Shown here piece by piece: positions 1 through 10,563 of a DNA stretch of 64,000 nucleotides. Where the stretch lies: NCBI GenBank assembly GCA_963699155.1, contig OY969414.1, positions 709,327-773,326 of the forward strand, read 5' to 3'. The notes under the pieces are model-generated. The model had not been told where the DNA came from, made no database searches, and worked only from the letters and a program-made list of their open reading frames with translations. The position numbers and the translations under genes were made by a program. Position 1 is the stretch's first letter. Each line of letters opens with the position of its first letter. This DNA is from an uncultured Chlamydiales bacterium (lineage in GTDB: Bacteria > Chlamydiota > Chlamydiia > Chlamydiales > JAAKFR01).

Positions 1-834
1 GATGGAAATTATCTGCAGGAGAGTGCAGCGGCACTCCCTCTCTCCGACCGCGGCTTTCAGCATGGTGATGGCGCCTACGCGACCATCCAAGTCAGGGAGG
101 GCGCCCCCTTTTTTCTTGAAGAGCATCTCATTCTCCTCGAAAAACAGTGCTCTGCCTTTAATCTGCAGATGCCACCTTTGGAGCGCAGCGACGTTGAAGA
201 GCTCATCTGCCGCAACGAGGCTTTTCAGGGGATCTGGAGGCTGAAAATCTTTGTCACAGGGGGAGATTCCCACGAAAACCGTCTTCCGCTGCGGAAAGGG
301 AGGCTCATCATGGTGATGAAGCCCTTCTCCCCGCTTCCCTTCAAACCCCTAAAGCTGGCTATTTTTCCCATCCCCTACTGGAGCTGCCACGCCTCCTTCA
401 AAAGCTTAGCCCATCTCAACCGCTTCTACGTAATGGAGGAGGCGCACCGCCAAAATTGCGATGACTGCGTGACGCTGACCGAATCGGGCTATCTCTTGGA
501 AGCTGCCTTTGGCAATCTGATCTGGGTAAGAGAAAAGACCATTTTTACCCCTGATCCCTCGTTCCCGCTCTACTTTGGAGTCACTCTCGCCAAAACCTTG
601 GAGCTGGCCCAAGAGCTCGGTTTCCAGGTCGAATGCGTCAAAATGCGGCTCCAGGACCTGCCTCAAGAGGCTTCAGTCTATCGCACCAATACTATGCAAG
701 GCATCAGGCCTGTCGCCCAAATCGGGGAGCTCTCTTTTCCCCAGAACATGACCGTCCAAACGCTTTTGGTGAATGGCTACGAGCGATTGATAGAGGGACA
801 AAAAAAAGCAGCACCAAAGGGAGCCGCTGTATAA
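1..834 (+). CDS. Fold-type IV PLP enzyme (aminodeoxychorismate lyase / class IV aminotransferase-like), 5' partial
   Basis: Frame 1 is open from base 1 (DGNYLQESAAALPLSDRGFQHGDGAYATIQV...) to the stop at 834. It carries the class IV hallmarks DRGFxxGDG and EAAFGNLIW. The start lies outside the window. I cannot separate the PabC-type from the aminotransferase-type by eye. Confidence 0.75.
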   Translation, partial: DGNYLQESAAALPLSDRGFQHGDGAYATIQVREGAPFFLEEHLILLEKQCSAFNLQMPPLERSDVEELICRNEAFQGIWRLKIFVTGGDSHENRLPLRKGRLIMVMKPFSPLPFKPLKLAIFPIPYWSCHASFKSLAHLNRFYVMEEAHRQNCDDCVTLTESGYLLEAAFGNLIWVREKTIFTPDPSFPLYFGVTLAKTLELAQELGFQVECVKMRLQDLPQEASVYRTNTMQGIRPVAQIGELSFPQNMTVQTLLVNGYERLIEGQKKAAPKGAAV

Positions 835-886
835 AAAAAGCGGAGCCTTTGCAAGGCTCCGCCTCGGAGGTAGGAGGGGTAAATTA

Positions 887-1819
887 TTAGATGTCTTCGA
901 CGTCAGGCGTTGGTTTGAGCGCCTTTTTGAAAGGACGCTCGCCTTCGAGAGGCTCTTTGCTCTCCATCTTGCCGTGGATCCTGTTGATCTCTTTCTTCGT
1001 TTGATCCTTAAGACCCTTGACAGTACCCGTAAAGGCGCTGTCTGGATTGACTCTATTGGGGTCCAATTTACCATAGAAACGGAGCTGACCATAGCGCATG
1101 TCGATGACGACAGTTTTAGGACGGCGCTTGATTGCTTCTTTAGCTTCATCCTCAGTCACTCCTCTATCCCGACCTAGTCGTACCACATGTTTAGCCAAAT
1201 CTTTCTGGAGATCTTCGACACCCTTTTCGATTTCGCTGTAGGAGGCACAGTAGGAGCGGGCCGCGCGCAGCATCTGTTCGGTATTGGTGATCGCTTTACC
1301 ATCTTTGGCTGTCCACATCTTGATCGACTTCGCTTTGCTGAAGTCGCCATTTGGTACGAAGAGGAACCTTGAACTCCACTTACCTTGTCTTACCGGCAAA
1401 AAGTAGTGTCCATTCGATTCACGGATCTGGGCACGAATTTCAGGCTTTTCGAGGTGGGCTTGGATGGAAGCACCATTTTTTGGATCGAAACCTAGGTTCT
1501 CGATCTCAGCAGCATCCTCAAACTCTCGGCCTGTCGGTGTATAAACCGTTTCTTTGGCACTTCCGCTGATGGCAGGGTTGATCGTCCTGTCACGGTGATC
1601 TTGGCTAAGCAAAAGTGGGAATGTGACAATACCGGCAGCACCACGGGCGATGCGCTCCACTACTCCACTGGTTTTGTTTTTCTCTAGCTTGGTACGCGTC
1701 ACCTCTCGACCACGGAAAATGGTCGTTGTTTCTGATTTGACCCTGAAACCCTTTCTCTCGAGTTCCGTGATTTTTGGATGAGTTCCGGCAGGAGCCGGAG
1801 CTGCTGGTGCATGAGACAT
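887..1819 (-). CDS. Hypothetical protein (310 aa), no family recognised
   Basis: Long uninterrupted ORF with an AT-rich promoter-like region upstream (1820-1930). The overlapping ORFs are short and antisense. Confidence 0.6.
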   Translation of the reverse strand: MSHAPAAPAPAGTHPKITELERKGFRVKSETTTIFRGREVTRTKLEKNKTSGVVERIARGAAGIVTFPLLLSQDHRDRTINPAISGSAKETVYTPTGREFEDAAEIENLGFDPKNGASIQAHLEKPEIRAQIRESNGHYFLPVRQGKWSSRFLFVPNGDFSKAKSIKMWTAKDGKAITNTEQMLRAARSYCASYSEIEKGVEDLQKDLAKHVVRLGRDRGVTEDEAKEAIKRRPKTVVIDMRYGQLRFYGKLDPNRVNPDSAFTGTVKGLKDQTKKEINRIHGKMESKEPLEGERPFKKALKPTPDVEDI

Positions 1820-1932
1820 AGCTTACCCCTAAAAATAATAAAGTTAAAAATATTATATCATTTTAGAGATTAATAATCAAACTATTGTAATAGTAATATA
1901 ATTAATTGAGATAAATTGATTAAAATTTAGTT

Positions 1933-2124
1933 ATGAAAAGAATCTTCTTGCTCACTTTGACCCTAGCCAGTGGCTGTTGCGTCCAACCTTATCAGAGGCT
2001 TTATATTCTAGCTGATGAGGGGAAATTGGAGAGAGATACCGAAATTACGACCTGTGCTCTTCCTGAGCCATCAAGCAGGCGCAGCTCTGAGGCTCTTCCC
2101 GCCGCCCTCCCCATAATTCCTTGA
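1933..2124 (+). CDS. Possible small lipoprotein (63 aa)
   Basis: The N-terminus [15 protein letters not shown] has a signal-peptide shape with a lipobox-like LASGC. The ORF overlaps the 3' end of gltX by 80 bp on the opposite strand, so it may be spurious. Confidence 0.25.
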   Translation: MKRIFLLTLTLASGCCVQPYQRLYILADEGKLERDTEITTCALPEPSSRRSSEALPAALPIIP

Positions 2125-3574
2125 GCTGAGCCACCTTCTTATTAGAAAGCCCCCCTAAAAATGAGATCGCGTTGAGAAGGCGAGCGCGGGTTCGATCTTT
2201 GCCCAGCAGGGCTGTTGAGTCATAGAGAGGGGGGCCTTGCTTCTTCCCTGTAATTGCCGCGTAGAGGAGGGGGATAATCACCTTTTTATGGTTCACCCCA
2301 AAGGCGGCGGCCATCTCATGGGTCGTCTCTTCGAGGGCCTTGCTGCCCCAATCTTCCCTCTCTTCGAGTGACCAGATCACCGTCTGAAGGAGGCAAGCCG
2401 CCTGTTCAGGAGTGATCTGCTTGGGTGTGAGGAGCTCTGTCGTATATTCGAGATGGTTGATGAAAAAGAAGTGGCAGAGCTCCATGAACTCCCCAAAAGT
2501 TTTGATCCGAGTGCTGATCAGGGGCATCAGCGATTGCATGAAGGCTTCTGAAAAGCCCCACCCTTTGATTCGCTCCCAGAGCTTCTCTTGAGGGATATGG
2601 TTGATCAGATATTGCTGATTGAGCCAATCAAGCTTGGAGACATCGAAAACGGCCCCAGAGGCGCCAATCCGCTTAGGATCAAACTCCCGAATAATCTCCT
2701 CGAGGGAATAGATCTCTCGATCTCCCGGCATACTATAGCCCATCAAGGTCAAAAAGTTGAGAAAGGCCTCAGGAAGGTAGCCAGAATCACGATAATAGAA
2801 AATCGAGGTCGGATTTCTTCTCTTCGACAGCTTTTTGCCATCGGTGCCGAGCAGGAGCGGCATGTGAAAAAATTGGGGTGCTGTCCAGCCGAAAGAGTCG
2901 TAGAGCAGGATATGTTTGGGGGTCGAGCTGATCCACTCATCGCCACGGATCACATGGGTGATCCCCATCAGGTGGTCGTCGACCACATTGGCGAGGTGGT
3001 AGGTAGGAAATCCATCCGATTTGAGTAAGACCTGATCGTCGATATCCGCCCAGGGGAAGGTGATCCTCCCTTTGATCGCATCTTCGAACACACATTCACC
3101 CGTCAGAGGCACCTTTAAGCGGATGGTGTAGGGCTGTCCTGCCTTTTCGCGCGTCTCAATTTCTTCGGGGCTTAAATTACGATATCTTCTGTCGTAGCCA
3201 CCCTTGCTATGGCTTAGCTGGCGCATCTCTGCCAACTCTTCAGGGGTAGCAAAGTCTTTATAAGCTTTTCCCTTCTCTAACAGCTCGTAGGCATATTTTT
3301 TGTAGATTTCGCTCCGCTCTGATTGGCGGTAGGGGGCACAGGGGCCACCCACATCAGGTCCCTCATCCCAAGTGAGGCCACACCATTTCAATGCATCGTA
3401 GATGCTCTTCTCATATTCGGGACGGCTCCGCGTGCGATCGGTATCTTCGATCCGTAAAATAAAGTCGCCACCAAACCTACGGGCAAATATCAGATTGAAG
3501 AGGGCCATGTAGGCAGTACCTACATGGGGATCTCCAGTGGGAGAGGGGGCGATGCGAACACGGACTTTTTGCAT
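2045..3574 (-). CDS. gltX: Glutamyl-tRNA synthetase
   Basis: N-terminus [21 protein letters not shown] (HIGH-type motif), a KLSKR (KMSKS-type) motif, and class I GluRS similarity along the full length (509 aa). Confidence 0.95.
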   Translation of the reverse strand: MQKVRVRIAPSPTGDPHVGTAYMALFNLIFARRFGGDFILRIEDTDRTRSRPEYEKSIYDALKWCGLTWDEGPDVGGPCAPYRQSERSEIYKKYAYELLEKGKAYKDFATPEELAEMRQLSHSKGGYDRRYRNLSPEEIETREKAGQPYTIRLKVPLTGECVFEDAIKGRITFPWADIDDQVLLKSDGFPTYHLANVVDDHLMGITHVIRGDEWISSTPKHILLYDSFGWTAPQFFHMPLLLGTDGKKLSKRRNPTSIFYYRDSGYLPEAFLNFLTLMGYSMPGDREIYSLEEIIREFDPKRIGASGAVFDVSKLDWLNQQYLINHIPQEKLWERIKGWGFSEAFMQSLMPLISTRIKTFGEFMELCHFFFINHLEYTTELLTPKQITPEQAACLLQTVIWSLEEREDWGSKALEETTHEMAAAFGVNHKKVIIPLLYAAITGKKQGPPLYDSTALLGKDRTRARLLNAISFLGGLSNKKVAQLKELWGGRREEPQSCACLMAQEEHRS

Positions 3575-3596
3575 GGCGAAAAGTATACCTTCTTGC

Positions 3597-5513
3597 TTAC
3601 TTTAGGAGAAGAATCAAGTCCTTCATGACGTTAACAGATTCATTGAGCTGAGGATCAACCTTGGCGTAGAGCTCCACGAGCTCACTCTTGATCTCCTCTG
3701 CGTCGATTTCGGCAAGAAATTTCTGATAAACGGGATCATTTTTGATCCTCAGTTCGGAGTTTTTCGACAAAGTGGTGAGATGGCGCGTGTAGGTTTTGAG
3801 CTTGGGCTGAATGTTGAAGCGGTAGAGCCAACTGATCTGGTCGCGCTGAGCCACGGGAACATCAGAGAGATCATCGTTGAAATTCTCGGCGATGGAATCA
3901 TTTTCCAGCGGATTTTTGGCATGCCGCTCCCCAATTTCAGCGACTGAATAGAAGCCCGGCACTGTGACGTCAGGAATGACACCGACAAGTTGGGGACTTT
4001 TTCCCGAGACCGTGTAGTATTTGCCACGGGTCACTTTAAATTCACCTTTGGGGTTCACCTTGCCATGGTTATCACACTCGAGAGTGAAGGTCTGAAAGGT
4101 TCCTTTGCCATAGGTATGTTCATCGCCCACGACAATCGCTCTCCCATAGTCTTGGAGGGTTTGGGCCACAATTTCCGAGGCAGAGGCGCTCACTTTACTG
4201 GTCAAAACAATCAGCGGCCCATCGTAGGCAATCCGGCTATCGATATCGCGTAAGTGTTCGATCGACCCATAGTTGTCTTTAATCGAGCAGACAATCCCCT
4301 TTGTGATAAAGAGTCCTGTGACAGCGACCGCCTGGGGAAGCACGCCACCAGCATTCAGACGCAGGTCGAGGATCAGCCCTCGTATCGGCGTCTCTTTTTC
4401 GATTTTGGTGATCTCTTCATAGAGGTCAGAAGCAGAGGAGTGGAGAGGATCTTGATAGAAAGAGTGGAGGGAGATATGGGCGATGACGCCATCGCCAAAA
4501 GGATAGATCTTCGATTCAATCCGCGCCTCCTTGATCACTACCTCTCCCCGGATAATTTCGATCTCCTCTTTGACCTCTTCGCCCTCTTCTTTGGGCCGAA
4601 GGACCGTCAGCGAGACGACCGTCCCTTCCTCTCCTCGAATCAGATCGACTGCTTCAGTGATTTCCAAGCCAACAACTGGCTCTCCGTCGATAGCGATGAT
4701 CCGATCATTCACCTTCAGTCCCGTATCGCGGCTTGCAGGTCCTCCCTCAATGATTTTGACGATGGTAAAGCCATTCAGATCATCTCTCAGCTGGGCACCG
4801 ATCCCAAAGAGGCGCTGCTGGAGCTGAATCATGAATTGTTGGGCCTCCCAAGGGGTAAAATAAGCGGTGTGAGCATCGAAAGAGGCGGCACAGGCCTTCA
4901 GTACTAGTGAGAGAATCAGCTTTTCCTGATCATGAGTGTCGGGATTGGCCGTCTCTTCTTCACGTGAAGCTCGGTTTTTTGCGATCCTTTTCAACGCCCT
5001 CTCTCTCGAATCGGCGTCAAGTTTTTCTGCAGCGGCCACTTGGAGGGCTTTGATCTTTAATAGTCGGTCAGCCAATTCCTCTCTATTCTCTGCCCACTCC
5101 ATCTCCTTAAATTCCTGGATCGTGACTCCCACAGGCAGCTCTTGCCCCTGCTGCTTGACTTCGAGAGCTTGACGTCTAGCGATCGCCCCCACCATCAGAT
5201 GGTGAATCTTGGCAAAATGAGAAAAATCCCCCTTTTCCATCGCCGAGCAGATTTCTTTTAACAGCTTCTCACTCGGATCAATCCAGGGAGCCACCTCTTC
5301 CTTCAGCAAATAGGTTTTGGTAGGGTCCAGTTCCTCCAGGTATTGTTCTAGAGCCCTTTTGACTAAAGTTGGGCTGAGCTCTTTACAGGCAACATGGGCT
5401 TCCATCATCAGATGGAGTGTTTCCAGGGTCTCTTTAGCGTTAATATCGGGAAGTTTGCTTGCCTCTAAAGAAAAGCAGGCTAACAGAAGGAGAAATAAGA
5501 ATTTACGGATCAT
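3597..5513 (-). CDS. tsp: Tail-specific (C-terminal processing) protease, S41 family, Tsp/CT441-like, paralog 1
   Basis: 638 aa with an N-terminal signal peptide ([18 protein letters not shown]). It has a PDZ-like segment (GIGAQL...IIEGGPA...[13 protein letters not shown]) and an S41 core ([24 protein letters not shown]). Confidence 0.9.
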   Translation of the reverse strand: MIRKFLFLLLLACFSLEASKLPDINAKETLETLHLMMEAHVACKELSPTLVKRALEQYLEELDPTKTYLLKEEVAPWIDPSEKLLKEICSAMEKGDFSHFAKIHHLMVGAIARRQALEVKQQGQELPVGVTIQEFKEMEWAENREELADRLLKIKALQVAAAEKLDADSRERALKRIAKNRASREEETANPDTHDQEKLILSLVLKACAASFDAHTAYFTPWEAQQFMIQLQQRLFGIGAQLRDDLNGFTIVKIIEGGPASRDTGLKVNDRIIAIDGEPVVGLEITEAVDLIRGEEGTVVSLTVLRPKEEGEEVKEEIEIIRGEVVIKEARIESKIYPFGDGVIAHISLHSFYQDPLHSSASDLYEEITKIEKETPIRGLILDLRLNAGGVLPQAVAVTGLFITKGIVCSIKDNYGSIEHLRDIDSRIAYDGPLIVLTSKVSASASEIVAQTLQDYGRAIVVGDEHTYGKGTFQTFTLECDNHGKVNPKGEFKVTRGKYYTVSGKSPQLVGVIPDVTVPGFYSVAEIGERHAKNPLENDSIAENFNDDLSDVPVAQRDQISWLYRFNIQPKLKTYTRHLTTLSKNSELRIKNDPVYQKFLAEIDAEEIKSELVELYAKVDPQLNESVNVMKDLILLLK

Positions 5514-5951
5514 ATAATGCTATCATTCTGCTTCTTCTTTTTTCCAGCAACCTCATTCTCAAAACAATGGCCATCAAAAACTTCTATTCAGCTGGGTTTT
5601 TCTAATTAAAATACAATTAAGATTAGATTAAGGAATATTAAAAATGAAAAAAAGAAGACAATTTTCGTTGCTTTCAATTAGTGCCTTAATCAAAATACTA
5701 CATAAAAATTAGCTTTCTCAAGGGCCTAATGAGTTTTTGAGCCCTAGAGAGCGGAAAAAAACCTTTACAGAAGATAAAAAAATTCTTGATCGATATTTTA
5801 ATTTAGGCGATAATAATTACTTAATGAACAAGGATATATGGACTAATTCATCCTTTGTGAAGTGGAGCGGTTAATCGAGACTTAACGAGAAAAGCGAATA
5901 GGTTCAAAAGTTAAAGATACAAAAACTAAAAAACCTTAGGGGGTTATAAAA

Positions 5952-6398
5952 ATGAAAGACCAAAATGAGATGCAGCGCACGGTAGCGCAAGCGCCTTCTG
6001 AAGATCGAAAAGTTGTTTCTATCACAGAGGCTGCGAAAATCAATAAGGTAACACGGCAAGCAATCTATGTCGCTATTAAGCAAAAAAAGCTCAAAGCGAC
6101 AAAGAAGACCCGTTGGGAAATTGAGCTCAAAGATCTCGAAGAGTACCGCAACAATAAATATTCACGAACCAAATCTATGTTTGGTGGAGAACTGCTCTTT
6201 GATAATAACAAAGGCTATTTCTCGGTCAACCAAGTCGCAAGAATGCTCGGCGTGCCAGCACAAAAGATTTACTACGCAACACGCACAGGGATGATTAAGG
6301 GTTCTCGTAAAGGAGCCGCTTGGGTCATCCATACGGAAGAAGTGAAGCGATACCAAGAAGAGTATCTCAGTAGAAAATCGGCTGCTCAAGCCAGCTAA
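5952..6398 (+). CDS. DNA-binding protein with two excisionase-type helix-turn-helix repeats (possible Euo-like developmental regulator)
   Basis: Two internal repeats have the excisionase/MerR-type HTH shape (SITEAAKINKVTRQAIYVAIKQKKLKA... and FSVNQVARMLGVPAQKIYYATRTGMIKG...). An RBS-like GGGGG sits before the ATG. A 437-bp AT-rich leader precedes the gene and a strong terminator follows it. The Euo assignment rests on recalled domain architecture only. Confidence 0.75.
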   Translation: MKDQNEMQRTVAQAPSEDRKVVSITEAAKINKVTRQAIYVAIKQKKLKATKKTRWEIELKDLEEYRNNKYSRTKSMFGGELLFDNNKGYFSVNQVARMLGVPAQKIYYATRTGMIKGSRKGAAWVIHTEEVKRYQEEYLSRKSAAQAS

Positions 6399-6413
6399 TT
6401 TTCGCAAAAGCAG

Positions 6414-6453
6414 AAAACGCACAAACGAAAGTTTCGGATGTGCGTTTTTTTTT
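6414..6453 (+). terminator. Rho-independent terminator after the tandem-HTH gene
   Basis: A 10-bp stem (aaaacgcaca / tgtgcgtttt) encloses a small inner hairpin, and a T-run follows through 6453. Confidence 0.7.
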
Positions 6454-6477
6454 GCACTTAAGTATCATCCTGGATCG

Positions 6478-7575
6478 ATGAGAAAATTTCTGCTGAGCGC
6501 CCTTCTTTTAGCCACCCCTCTGACGTCAGACGCCCAACTCTTTATCTATCCTTTTCCTCAGGAACTTCTTTACCCCGACCCTTTCCCTGAACCCGAAGAG
6601 AAACGGGTCGAGTTGATGGCTGGAACACTCCGGGAAGAGATTCTCCAAAAATCAAAAACTCTCGAGCAAAAGCTAAAGAGGAAGATCTTCGGTCAGGATG
6701 AGGCTGTCCAGGAGACCACCAACGCCATTATTCGCTATGCTGCTGGTGTCAATGACCCCACAGCCCCGATCGCCTCCCTGCTCTATTGTGGACCATCCGG
6801 AGTGGGTAAAACAGAGCTGGCGAAGCAGCTCTCGATCGAGCTCTATGGGAAAAGAAGCCATTTCGTCCGCATCAATATGTCTGAATACACAGAGGCTCAC
6901 ACCATCAGCCGGCTCATCGGCGCCCCGCCCGGCTACATCGGCTATGGAGAAGGGGGCTCTCTGACCAATCGCCTTCTCGATAACCCCTACTCGGTGGTCC
7001 TTCTCGATGAGGTTGAAAAAGCTCATCCCAAAGTACTCAAGCTCTTCATGCATGTCTTTGATGCCGGCTACCTGACCTCTTCCACTGGCCAGGATGTCGA
7101 TTGTCGTCACGCCATCTTTATTCTCACTTCCAATATCGCTTCTGCCGAAATAGCCGACCTCTTCTCGATGGGACTCACCCAAAAGGAGATCCTCATGCAC
7201 TTACAGCCCCATTTGATGGAGGTTCTCTCCCCCGAGCTCTATAATAGACTCGACTGTATGATCTTTGCCCCTCTCACAGAGGCAGTCTTTGAAAAATTGA
7301 TTCGAAAAATTCTAGGTGAGCTTAAAACACGGATCAGCCAGTCAAAAGCCATCGATATCTGTTTTGACCAGAGCATTGTCGATTATCTGAAAAACTTTAC
7401 TCTCGATCCGAAACTAGGTGCTCGCCCCCTCAAACGAATCGTCGAGAAAGAGCTCACCACCGTCATTGCCAAAGCGATCGTCGATAGTGAATGCAAACCG
7501 GGCGACGGCATCATCTGCTCTTATGAGAAGGGAAATATTGTGATTGAGGTAGTTTTAACCCCTATCGATGGGTAA
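6478..7575 (+). CDS. Stand-alone AAA+ ATPase corresponding to a Clp/Hsp100 D2 module, with a signal-peptide-like N-terminus
   Basis: GQDEAV...CGPSGVGKTELAK (Walker A), VVLLDEVEKAH (Walker B), GAPPGYIGYGEGG, a sensor region, and a C-terminal D2-small domain (GARPLKRIVEKEL). The N-terminus MRKFLLSALLLATPLTSDAQ looks like a Sec signal or membrane anchor. Confidence 0.85.
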   Translation: MRKFLLSALLLATPLTSDAQLFIYPFPQELLYPDPFPEPEEKRVELMAGTLREEILQKSKTLEQKLKRKIFGQDEAVQETTNAIIRYAAGVNDPTAPIASLLYCGPSGVGKTELAKQLSIELYGKRSHFVRINMSEYTEAHTISRLIGAPPGYIGYGEGGSLTNRLLDNPYSVVLLDEVEKAHPKVLKLFMHVFDAGYLTSSTGQDVDCRHAIFILTSNIASAEIADLFSMGLTQKEILMHLQPHLMEVLSPELYNRLDCMIFAPLTEAVFEKLIRKILGELKTRISQSKAIDICFDQSIVDYLKNFTLDPKLGARPLKRIVEKELTTVIAKAIVDSECKPGDGIICSYEKGNIVIEVVLTPIDG

Positions 7576-8626
7576 TCTTTGCCTTCATCTTTTCGGCAAA
7601 GTTTTCATTGGTAATCTCTGCACCCGCTTCTAGAAGCTCTTTAAGAATTAAGTTGTACTCGGCAGTCGTGATCACCCGTTTGCAGAGAGAGTCGGCTAAA
7701 TTTTTCGGGATCATTTCAACTTCATCCTGTACGGCAAATTGCATCGCCAAAACAAGATGATTTCGATCGCGCTCACTGGGGACAATATAGGCACAATGAT
7801 CGGATGAGTGGCGTGGCCATTTAGGCACCTGTGTATCTGGGTAGTGATCGCTATCCCAACTCTTCCCATACAAGACATAGTAGGGACCATGGGCAAAGGC
7901 AGAGTGACCATAGTCGCTATCTAATTGACCACGCCATCTTGTCAGGACATAACCCGTCAGCATAATGTCCATCAATGCGGAGAGACCCCCTTTCCCTTTT
8001 TCAATACCGGTTGCCACTAAGAGGCTCTTTTCTAATGGTACTTCTTCTTGGCTACCCTCAACCTTAGAACTCAGAGTATCTAGGAAAAATCTACCCACTT
8101 GACATTCGCGAATATCTTGGAGAGAAAATTCAGTGATTCTTTCGCCTCTACGGACATGTGCTAGCCATGCTTTTAGAGTAAAGACCTTCACCAATCTATC
8201 AAGATGGTCTACATCCTCAGCTTGGAGAACGTAAGGAGCGTCGCTACCACGATAACGAGGTGGCCTTAGCATTTGATATTTTCCCTTTTCTAATTCATCA
8301 CAGATCAGTGACCTAAAAGGGACGTCGATAGTATCAAAAGGGATACCATCAGGATCATATTCACAAAGATGTCTATTTGCTTGGTCGTCAGCATGAAAAG
8401 CAGCAGCAAGTGCAAAGCTGTGTATAGCTTGACGAGGAGGAGGGGAATCTTCATCCGAAATGTCCGGAGCTACTTGAGAGAAGTCTTCAACCGCGATGTC
8501 TGGCTCTACCTGCTCGGCAATTGGTTCAGAGTCATCATTTTTTTCTTCGAATTCGATTTCTGTCGGTATAAAGAAATAGGGATTTCTACTGTTAACTGGT
8601 CCAGCCATATCGAAAGATATTAACAC
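7562..8626 (-). CDS. Hypothetical protein (354 aa) with an acidic N-terminal region
   Basis: Long ORF whose 3' end overlaps the AAA+ gene convergently by 14 bp. The first ~70 aa form a Glu/Asp/Pro-rich, likely disordered segment. No family recognised. Confidence 0.6.
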   Translation of the reverse strand: MLISFDMAGPVNSRNPYFFIPTEIEFEEKNDDSEPIAEQVEPDIAVEDFSQVAPDISDEDSPPPRQAIHSFALAAAFHADDQANRHLCEYDPDGIPFDTIDVPFRSLICDELEKGKYQMLRPPRYRGSDAPYVLQAEDVDHLDRLVKVFTLKAWLAHVRRGERITEFSLQDIRECQVGRFFLDTLSSKVEGSQEEVPLEKSLLVATGIEKGKGGLSALMDIMLTGYVLTRWRGQLDSDYGHSAFAHGPYYVLYGKSWDSDHYPDTQVPKWPRHSSDHCAYIVPSERDRNHLVLAMQFAVQDEVEMIPKNLADSLCKRVITTAEYNLILKELLEAGAEITNENFAEKMKAKITHR

Positions 8627-8647
8627 AAGAAATTTATTTAGATCAAG

Positions 8648-10384
8648 TTAGATCTCTTCTATCACTTGGAAGTCGCGGATGAGGAGCTGGATGCTGCTCT
8701 TGTTGTGGAAGCGGTTGATTTGGGGCGTGTAGGCGATCTTCAGGGTGAGATTTTTGCGGCGGAGTTCTGATCGGCGTTCTGCCATCCCGAAGGCGATCCC
8801 TTCGAGCATACGGTCACCCTGTTCGAGGTAGAGCTTGAGATGGGAGCCGCCGATTATTTTGGGGGGCCAGGCCTGTTTGGCTTCACAATAGAGTATGGGC
8901 TGGTAATTTTCGTTCCCATAGGGTTCGAAGAGTTCGAGAGAAGAGAGAAGGTCATAGGTGAGTTCATTGAAATTGGCCGGAGCGTCGAGATAGAGTTTCG
9001 AGAGAATATCATGATCTCTGAGGGCTGAATTGGCTGCATGGAGGAAGCGCTTTTTAAACCGATCGATATTTTCCTCTTTGATGGTTAAACCTGCGGCGAA
9101 GTCATGTCCACCATAGTTGATAAAGAGATCGCTGCATTTTTTGAGGACAGGGAGGAGGGGAAATTCGCGGATGGTGCGGATAGATCCCTTACCAACGCCA
9201 TTGTCGATGGCAATCATGATGGCGGGTCGATTGTATTGCTTGGCGATGCGGGCGGTGACGATAGGGATCACTCCAGGGTGCCATTGAGTAGAGCTGAGGA
9301 CAATAGCTTTATTCTCGAAAAGTTCTGGAGTGCTATTGAGGATCTGTTCGACGTCGATCGAGACTACTTGCTCAATTTTTTGCCGCTGGATGTTGAAGAG
9401 ATCGAGCTCTTTGGCCAACTCCTCTGCTTTCTCTTCATCACGCAAAAGGAGGAGTTCCACCCCTTTGCTCGGGTCAGCGACGCGTCCTAAACTGTTCATG
9501 CGCGGCGCAATTTTGGAAGCGATATCGACCGCTGTCACTTCCGATCGTTCCACACCGCATAAGGTGAAGAGCTTAATGAGCCCCATCCGTTTGGTTTTTT
9601 GGAGCTGCTTGAGTCCGTAACGGACCAAGATGCGATTTTCATCGAGGAGGACGCCCATGTCGGCAACGGTGCCCAAGGCGACGAGATCGAGATAGACTTT
9701 CAGGTCGATTTTCTTGGGGGGATTTTCATTTTTCGAAGAGAGAAAATTGGTCATGGCGTGTGCCAGTTTGAAGGCAACACCAACACCGGTGAGTTCACGA
9801 TTCGGATAGGTCTGGTTGAGCAGCTTGGGATTGAGAGTCGCGATGCAATTGGGAATTTTGTCAGTCGGTTCATGATGGTCAGTGACAATGACATCGATCT
9901 CTTTGCTGACAATCTTTTGGATCTCTTTGGCCGCAGTGATCCCACAGTCGACGGTGATCATCAGTTTGCACTGGTTCGCATCGGCGAACTCTAAAGCATC
10001 GACAAAGAGCTGACCTCGTTGGACATTTTGGTTAGGAACATAGTACTTGACGTTACCGCCGATCCTTTTAAAAAAGTCGGCAAGTAAAGCGGTCCCCGTC
10101 ATCCCATCGACGTCGTTATCTCCATAAATGAGAATGCCTTCTCCTTTGGCGAGCGCCTTATCGATCCTTCGAACTGCTTTGTTCATGTCGAGAAATTCTC
10201 GAGGATCGTAAAGGTCGGGGAGTTTGGCGTAGAGGAAGTGGTGGATGGCTTCGAGAGACTGAAATCCTCTAGAAACGAGAATTTGAGCTGTTATGGGATG
10301 GATGCTGAATTCATTAATGACTCTCTCACACCAGAGTGGGTCATCCTTGGGCTTGATCCAAACGGGCTCATGCGTCTTTTCCAT
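8648..10384 (-). CDS. recJ: Single-stranded-DNA-specific exonuclease RecJ
   Basis: DHH-family motifs (GDNDVDGMTG, TVDCG, VTDHHEP) followed by a DHHA1-type region (GGHDFAAG), 578 aa. Confidence 0.9.
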   Translation of the reverse strand: MEKTHEPVWIKPKDDPLWCERVINEFSIHPITAQILVSRGFQSLEAIHHFLYAKLPDLYDPREFLDMNKAVRRIDKALAKGEGILIYGDNDVDGMTGTALLADFFKRIGGNVKYYVPNQNVQRGQLFVDALEFADANQCKLMITVDCGITAAKEIQKIVSKEIDVIVTDHHEPTDKIPNCIATLNPKLLNQTYPNRELTGVGVAFKLAHAMTNFLSSKNENPPKKIDLKVYLDLVALGTVADMGVLLDENRILVRYGLKQLQKTKRMGLIKLFTLCGVERSEVTAVDIASKIAPRMNSLGRVADPSKGVELLLLRDEEKAEELAKELDLFNIQRQKIEQVVSIDVEQILNSTPELFENKAIVLSSTQWHPGVIPIVTARIAKQYNRPAIMIAIDNGVGKGSIRTIREFPLLPVLKKCSDLFINYGGHDFAAGLTIKEENIDRFKKRFLHAANSALRDHDILSKLYLDAPANFNELTYDLLSSLELFEPYGNENYQPILYCEAKQAWPPKIIGGSHLKLYLEQGDRMLEGIAFGMAERRSELRRKNLTLKIAYTPQINRFHNKSSIQLLIRDFQVIEEI

Positions 10385-10538
10385 GTTCTACCATCTATAA
10401 AAAATAATCTTCGCGCACTAAGCTGAGACGAGGCAGTGCAAAACGCACTCAACGAGCTCGCGTCTCGCACCCGGCAAGGTCCAGCATGGGCGGCTAGTAG
10501 GCAAAGATTCTTTCTCATAGATTCCTCGAATAAGGCAT

Positions 10539-10563
10539 GTTCCCCGCCTTTATTGCGGGGAAC
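10539..10563 (-). terminator. Hairpin about 57 nt downstream of secDF (terminator-like, no clear U-run)
   Basis: gttccccgc-ctttatt-gcggggaac forms a 9-bp GC-rich stem inside the 235-bp secDF-recJ spacer. Confidence 0.3.
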
